A stretch of 64,000 bases of DNA from Gammaproteobacteria bacterium. Its GTDB lineage: Bacteria > Pseudomonadota > Gammaproteobacteria > JBCCGL01. Shown here one piece after another: positions 59,241-64,000 of this stretch. How positions within the stretch are numbered: the stretch's first letter is position 1; every line of letters starts with the position of its first letter. The translations under genes and the position numbers were made by a program. The notes beneath the pieces were generated by a model, which worked only from the letters and a program-made list of their open reading frames with translations, was not told where the DNA came from and did not search any database. Location of the stretch: assembly GCA_965277715.1 (NCBI GenBank), contig OZ255836.1:1344001-1408000 (forward strand). The letters run 5' to 3'.

Positions 59241-60059
59241 TTATCGATTCAGGTGCAGTGGAATAAATCCCGGCTCACCTTCGATGCGGTAGTCGTTAAT
59301 CAAGACTTGCCCCTCGGCAGATTTCAGCCAGTCAATCAGCATCTGGGCGCCCTCAGCATTGACGTGCGGGTGGCGCTGTGGATTGACACCGATCACCGAG
59401 TAGGGGTTGTATAAGGGCGGATCAGATAAAAACAACTCTACCAGGTGGGTTTGCCTGCGCAGTTTTAACCAGGTGCCGCGATCAACCAGGGTGTACGCAC
59501 CCAGTTCGCCCGCAATCTGCAACACCTTGCCCATGCCCTGCCCCGCTTCACGATACCAGGTGCCAGTGGGCGATACACCCGACATATTCCAAATTGCCAG
59601 CTCGCGCTTATGCGTACCGGAATCATCGCCACGCGATAGGAACAGCGCCCCGGTTGTGTGAATGTTCTGCAAGGCCTGCGGCGCCGAGGGTGTGTTTTTG
59701 ATGTTTGCAGGATCGGTGGCCGGGCCGACAATCAGGAAGTAATTGAACATAATTTCTTCGCGCTTGAGGCCAAATCCGTCGGCGACAAATTTCTCCTCTG
59801 CCGGTTTGGCGTGCACCATCAATACATCGACATCACCGCGCTCACCGAGTCGCAGCGCCTTGCCGGTGCCCACAGCAATGGTGTGCACCGACAAAGCATG
59901 GCGCTTTTCAAATACCGGTAATAACACATCGAGTAATCCGGAGTTTTCCGTGCTGGTGGTGGTGGCCAATCGCAGTACTGCATCGGCCGAAACGGGGTTA
60001 TTCGCTACACTAAATACTAATGCCAATGAGGTGATGACAGGTAAAACGGTTTTTTTCAA
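59241..60059 (-). CDS. tupA: Tungstate ABC transporter substrate-binding protein TupA
   Basis: LATTTSTENSGLL, VGTGKAL, SRGDDSGTH, GQGMG; TTG start with signal peptide. Confidence 0.88.
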   Translation of the reverse strand: MKKTVLPVITSLALVFSVANNPVSADAVLRLATTTSTENSGLLDVLLPVFEKRHALSVHTIAVGTGKALRLGERGDVDVLMVHAKPAEEKFVADGFGLKREEIMFNYFLIVGPATDPANIKNTPSAPQALQNIHTTGALFLSRGDDSGTHKRELAIWNMSGVSPTGTWYREAGQGMGKVLQIAGELGAYTLVDRGTWLKLRRQTHLVELFLSDPPLYNPYSVIGVNPQRHPHVNAEGAQMLIDWLKSAEGQVLINDYRIEGEPGFIPLHLNR

Positions 60060-60256
60060 AGCACCCTCGCCGGTAATGTGAACACTTCTGTGTGTATTAT
60101 TGCAGCCTATGACAAATTTAAACATGCTATTTATGGGTTTATTGCCTAAGGCGTGCCCCCCGGCTCTCTCTTTGGCAAAGCGGGGGAATGACTTCGATAA
60201 GGTAAATGTTGGCACCCGCTCCCCCTCTTTTGATAAACGAGGGGGTTGGGGGGTGT

Positions 60257-60298
60257 TTAAACCTAAATTCCGCAGTTGAATCTACTGCGCCGACTTAA
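60257..60298 (+). repeat. Palindromic repeat, family A copy 3
   Basis: ttaaacctaaattccgcagttgaatctactgcg matches the 35690 element; abuts the S8 peptidase stop. Confidence 0.75.
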
Positions 60299-61491
60299 CT
60301 CAAGTATTGCCGCTCAAGCCAGAGCCTTAGTTGATGTATGATTTCTGCCCGCCCCGCCTGTGGGTCACGCTGTATAAAACAGGCCAGCATAGCAGCGATC
60401 TGGGGGGTAGCCACCGAATGACCGGAAACCAGTTCATAGCTTGCCCTGGGCGCGAGGGAAAGGGCGTTTCCCGGTGCGTATAGCAGCGATTCTGATTCAC
60501 GGCTGCCAAGCGCTTTAGCTATAAGTGCTTTATTCACGCCCGGTTTACCCACACCATAAGCGTACACAACCCCCGGCTGTAAACTGGGAAAGCGCGCTTT
60601 ATTCGGACGCTGTTCATCGTAGGCAGCGATAACCAGCGTACCCTGTGCCAACAGTTTGACCAGCAGCGCCTCCAATACACGGTCTCTCGGCCCGGTCAGG
60701 CTCAGATTGACGACTTGCGGTCGCAGACCTATAGCCGCCTGTAACGCCAGTGCCAGGGTCAGGGTATTGCAGTGGCCACGGCCCTCGTTGTCCTGCCAAC
60801 AACCGCGCATGTGGTGAACGCGGGCGTGCGGCGCCAAACCCACTACGATGCCACGGTCTTGCGGGTTCGCCGCAATAATACCGAGCACTGCGGTACCGTG
60901 CACTTCGGCCATTCCCTGCCGACCATCGCCGACAAAGTCCTTATAGTACACATGGCTATTGGCCAGGTCGGGGTGTTGCGCATCGGCACCGGTATCGATT
61001 ATCACAATATCGGTATCATCACCACGCTGATCTATATCCGCCAGAAAACGGCTCACCAGTGTCCCCCTGGATGCCGTGCCAGATGATCCAGATTGTAGTT
61101 TATAGGTATTAAACGGCTGCACCCAACTCACCCGGGAGTCGTTTTCCAACGCCATCAACACTGCCCTGGTGGGTTTCCTGATGACAAAACAGTTTACGCC
61201 CAGGCGCTTGAGCGGCCACTCTTTGATAACGCTCAGGTCGTAGTCGCGGATGATCGCTGTCATATCGCGGCGCATAGCGATGAAATCAGAGTGTTCATAC
61301 GCACTGGTGATGTAATCTGTCGACCAGCTACTACCGGTATAACCATAGTGGGCCAAGGGGTCTTTGACGACGACCAGTATCGGCTGTTCCAACTGGCTCA
61401 ATCGAAGATCTTCGCTGTATTGATGGCTGGCGCAACCAGACAACGCAGCCAATACACAGATAAACAGGCAAAATACTAAGCGTACGGACAT
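60295..61491 (-). CDS. Lipoprotein S8 (subtilisin-like) serine peptidase
   Basis: LSGC lipobox; IIDTG, EVHGTAV, NLSL, SGHSVATP triad motifs. Confidence 0.9.
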   Translation of the reverse strand: MSVRLVFCLFICVLAALSGCASHQYSEDLRLSQLEQPILVVVKDPLAHYGYTGSSWSTDYITSAYEHSDFIAMRRDMTAIIRDYDLSVIKEWPLKRLGVNCFVIRKPTRAVLMALENDSRVSWVQPFNTYKLQSGSSGTASRGTLVSRFLADIDQRGDDTDIVIIDTGADAQHPDLANSHVYYKDFVGDGRQGMAEVHGTAVLGIIAANPQDRGIVVGLAPHARVHHMRGCWQDNEGRGHCNTLTLALALQAAIGLRPQVVNLSLTGPRDRVLEALLVKLLAQGTLVIAAYDEQRPNKARFPSLQPGVVYAYGVGKPGVNKALIAKALGSRESESLLYAPGNALSLAPRASYELVSGHSVATPQIAAMLACFIQRDPQAGRAEIIHQLRLWLERQYLS

Positions 61492-61504
61492 CGGGTTATC
61501 TCAT

Positions 61505-62083
61505 TTAAGGTTTACGGCGGGGCAGCGCCTGTACCAGCTTAACGCGAGGGTCAGCCAGTAATGCCTTTTCGATAACCTGAAGATCCCCGCCTGATCCAGG
61601 CGCGATATCGATAGCCTGTGCATCTGCATAGTGATAGAGAACGAGCAGATCATACTGTTCACGAATATCGGTCAGCGCGGCTGCGTCCCGGCCAATAATG
61701 CGCAAGGCGTCCACTTCATAGCGCTGTTGTGGGCCAGTAAGTGTGTAGAAGCCTTGGTTCTGTGATGCGGGAAACAGTTGTACTGCCAACATCAGCACAA
61801 ACACAGCCACGACCGGCAGCGCCCACAGCGGCGACCGGAACAAAGCAAATCGCGGGCGCTCTACACGCGACCGTATGCTATCGAAGCTGGGATGGGGCAT
61901 AGGTATCTGGGGCAGCCTGGACACAGCCTTTTTGATGTTGCGCTCAAGGTCGACCAGTTCACGAAACGCCACATCGGTGCCAAGTACCGCCTCGACACGC
62001 TGGCAACTTTGTGCGTCGAGATGGCCATTAAGGTAATCCGCAACCAGATTCTCCAGTGGAGTGTCGTATCGATTGCTATTCAT
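61505..62083 (-). CDS. Putative membrane anti-sigma factor
   Basis: LVADYLNGHLD..RVEAVL (degenerate zf-HC2-like), one TM, FYTLT, small C-terminal domain; overlaps the sigma stop. Confidence 0.8.
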   Translation of the reverse strand: MNSNRYDTPLENLVADYLNGHLDAQSCQRVEAVLGTDVAFRELVDLERNIKKAVSRLPQIPMPHPSFDSIRSRVERPRFALFRSPLWALPVVAVFVLMLAVQLFPASQNQGFYTLTGPQQRYEVDALRIIGRDAAALTDIREQYDLLVLYHYADAQAIDIAPGSGGDLQVIEKALLADPRVKLVQALPRRKP

Positions 62084-62733
62084 AACGAGAACCCCGGATT
62101 GTTGGATTCGAGATAGGCTTTGATTTTTCGGCGACCGTGGTGAAGTCGGGTTTTAACTGTGTTTGCCGGGCAGCTCATAATTTGACCTATTTCTTCCATG
62201 GAATAGCCTTGGAAATAGCACAGTTCCAGCACCATGCGTTGCTTGGCGGGCAAATGTAGCAATGCCTGCTGGATCAGTTCGCAATCCACTTCAGTATCCG
62301 ATCCAGTGATACCGGCAGTGTTGTCAGGGCGATTTTGTTCGATGTACTCAACCAGTCGTATAGCGTCCCGCGAGCGCCGTTTGAGCATACGCAGGCAAGC
62401 GCGATAGGCAATTGAAAATACCCAGCTTGAGACTTTCGAGCGCCCCTGGTACTGGCTCGCTTTATCCCACACTCTCAGCATTACGTCGTTGTAGGCTTCC
62501 TCGACCAACGCATGGTCGGTGCTGAGGCGATATAGAAACGGCACCAGGCGGGAGCGATAGTGTTCATACAGCGTTTGCATGGCATGGCTGTCCCGCTCAC
62601 TGGCAATTTGCTCAATCAATACGCGATCAGCGCGATCCCGGGGGTCTTGTTGATCGATAACGTCAGTGTCATGGTCTCGACTTGTCACATTTTCACAGCG
62701 TGTGTCGCCGTCTCTCCCAAACCTTATTATCAT
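62080..62733 (-). CDS. ECF RNA polymerase sigma factor; start uncertain
   Basis: EEAYNDVMLRVW, KVSSWVFSIAY, LPAKQR, TVKTRLHHGR. Confidence 0.93.
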   Translation of the reverse strand: MIIRFGRDGDTRCENVTSRDHDTDVIDQQDPRDRADRVLIEQIASERDSHAMQTLYEHYRSRLVPFLYRLSTDHALVEEAYNDVMLRVWDKASQYQGRSKVSSWVFSIAYRACLRMLKRRSRDAIRLVEYIEQNRPDNTAGITGSDTEVDCELIQQALLHLPAKQRMVLELCYFQGYSMEEIGQIMSCPANTVKTRLHHGRRKIKAYLESNNPGFSL

Positions 62734-62936
62734 TGTTACCGGAGGGTTCGCCGCAGGCTCGGCCAATGACCGAAAAAACGCACGCATATCGCCCCGGCGA
62801 TATTCACCGGCCCTCATTTGAGTAATTACACAGACCGGGGAATTTACGCACGCTATTGTGAATACGATAATCATGTTTTGCAAGAAAGGCGGGGAGATTC
62901 CCCCCCCCCGCAAACTATGGTCGCTCATTCAATACT

Positions 62937-63161
62937 CTAAATGCCCGAAGGGGTCGGCAAACCCGTGAAACCGCGTAGAAACAAACCACCTCACTCACCA
63001 CTTCCGGTAACACCGGCGGCGTCAGAGAGGAAATATATCGGACTGACCGCTGTGCCATTCGCCTGTATTACCGAGCCTGGATGAACCGACACATAGCCAT
63101 TGCCACTGTCGCGAACCTGCGTATCGGCGACGATGGGCCACAACCGGCGAAGTTGCTTCAT
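62937..63161 (-). pseudogene. Fragment of a beta-helix-type surface lipoprotein gene with TGA at a conserved Trp
   Basis: Manual translation YVSVHPGSVIQANGTAVSPIYFLSDAAGVTGSGE*GGLFLRG matches the GSxIxAxGTxxxPIxF...GxWGG pattern. Confidence 0.5.
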
Positions 63162-63265
63162 AGGGTATTTCCGAGCTGGTGGATTTCAACACCCTAGAGC
63201 ACCCATTGCTGGAAAACGGTTCAAACCGTTTTTGTCAGCACCTGAATGCCGAGTGGGAATACGCC

Positions 63266-63460
63266 GAACAGATCGCCGCGCTGGCCCCAACGGAGCCATC
63301 GGCACAAGATCGGCAGGTGGCTGCGGAAGCTACCAGCCTGGCAGCTAAAGCACGCACGAAGCTCACTCAACAGCGCCTGCAGGAGTCATCGCAGTCGATG
63401 CCTGAATCCCAACTTGAACGCGACGACAGCGAGCAGGATACCCGCGCCCGCGAGCCAGTA
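63266..63460 (+). pseudogene. SprA-related family C-terminal fragment
   Basis: AALAPTEPSAQDRQVAAEA motif; expected upstream part not seen. Confidence 0.6.
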
Positions 63461-63518
63461 AATCTGGCGGGCAGTTTACTCAGCCTGTTCGCCTGGTACA
63501 CTGTCAGGTCTATCGATA

Positions 63519-64000
63519 CTAATTTACACCGTACTCTTCGTCGCGGGCACGACACAAGGCCTCGTTGTGGGCGCGCAAAATATCCCCCCGATACACAACG
63601 CCCAGCACCTCTCTCTCGCCACCACTGTCAGTCAGCACCGGCACACAGTTGAGCTGCCATTGATCCAGCAATTGCAGCGCACCGTTAAGACTGGTGTTGG
63701 CGGTGACGCTAAACGCCGGATCGCTAATATACGTTTCGAGCGTGGCGTCCGAGCTGCTGTCACTGGGTGTTGATACCAGGCTGGCAGGCGCCAAACGGAT
63801 AGATGCAAGACTGCCCATAAATTGTCCATCGCCAAATACCACCAGAATCCCAGTGTGATTTTCGAGTAGTTGCCGACGCGCCTCGCCGACCGAGCGAGTA
63901 CAATCGATACGGCCAAAATTCTGGGTAACCAGCTTGTCAATCGTAATGGACATCAACAGACTTTGGTTGCGACCAAGGTTCAGATTGATGCCACGCTGCT
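63519..64000 (-). CDS. C-terminal CBS pair, probably of a ClC chloride channel (starts beyond window)
   Basis: RGINLNLGRNQSLL linker, two CBS repeats, RAHNEALCRARDEE end. Confidence 0.75.
   Translation of the reverse strand, partial: QRGINLNLGRNQSLLMSITIDKLVTQNFGRIDCTRSVGEARRQLLENHTGILVVFGDGQFMGSLASIRLAPASLVSTPSDSSSDATLETYISDPAFSVTANTSLNGALQLLDQWQLNCVPVLTDSGGEREVLGVVYRGDILRAHNEALCRARDEEYGVN

Noticed and set aside
62945-63040. Possible c-di-GMP-I riboswitch (GGCAAACCCGTGAAA)
   Set aside because: The stem after GAAA does not pair and the GACGCAAAGC element is missing; the region is better explained as a minus-strand coding relic

Overview
Gammaproteobacterial chromosomal window, mostly housekeeping genes: mutL start, amidase, tsaE, S49 peptidase, rluC, rne, Ubi monooxygenase, argA, ubiX, pckA, gltX with tRNA-Ala(GGC), murB, aspS, grxD, and a sigma54-driven fliL-to-cheA flagellar/chemotaxis operon. 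A ~7.4 kb accessory island next to tRNA-Ala (about 21270-28685) holds a decayed integron (N-terminal intI fragment, attI, five cassettes, one attC of only 49 bp), ISL3 and IS66 debris, and an Rhs/zincin toxin remnant. The toxin's probable immunity gene is split by ISL3 and its halves can be rejoined through an 8-bp target duplication, which implies an IS-bounded 3.7 kb inversion. The best candidates for undescribed biology are: a J-domain/J-like/Zn-ribbon/PilZ protein (possible c-di-GMP-gated Hsp70 co-chaperone); an ECF sigma/anti-sigma/lipoprotein subtilase operon whose anti-sigma appears to carry a propeptide-like domain; and a secreted Nma111/DEG7-type double-protease PDZ protein. All calls come from reading motifs by eye; no database searches were run, and some start codons are estimates.
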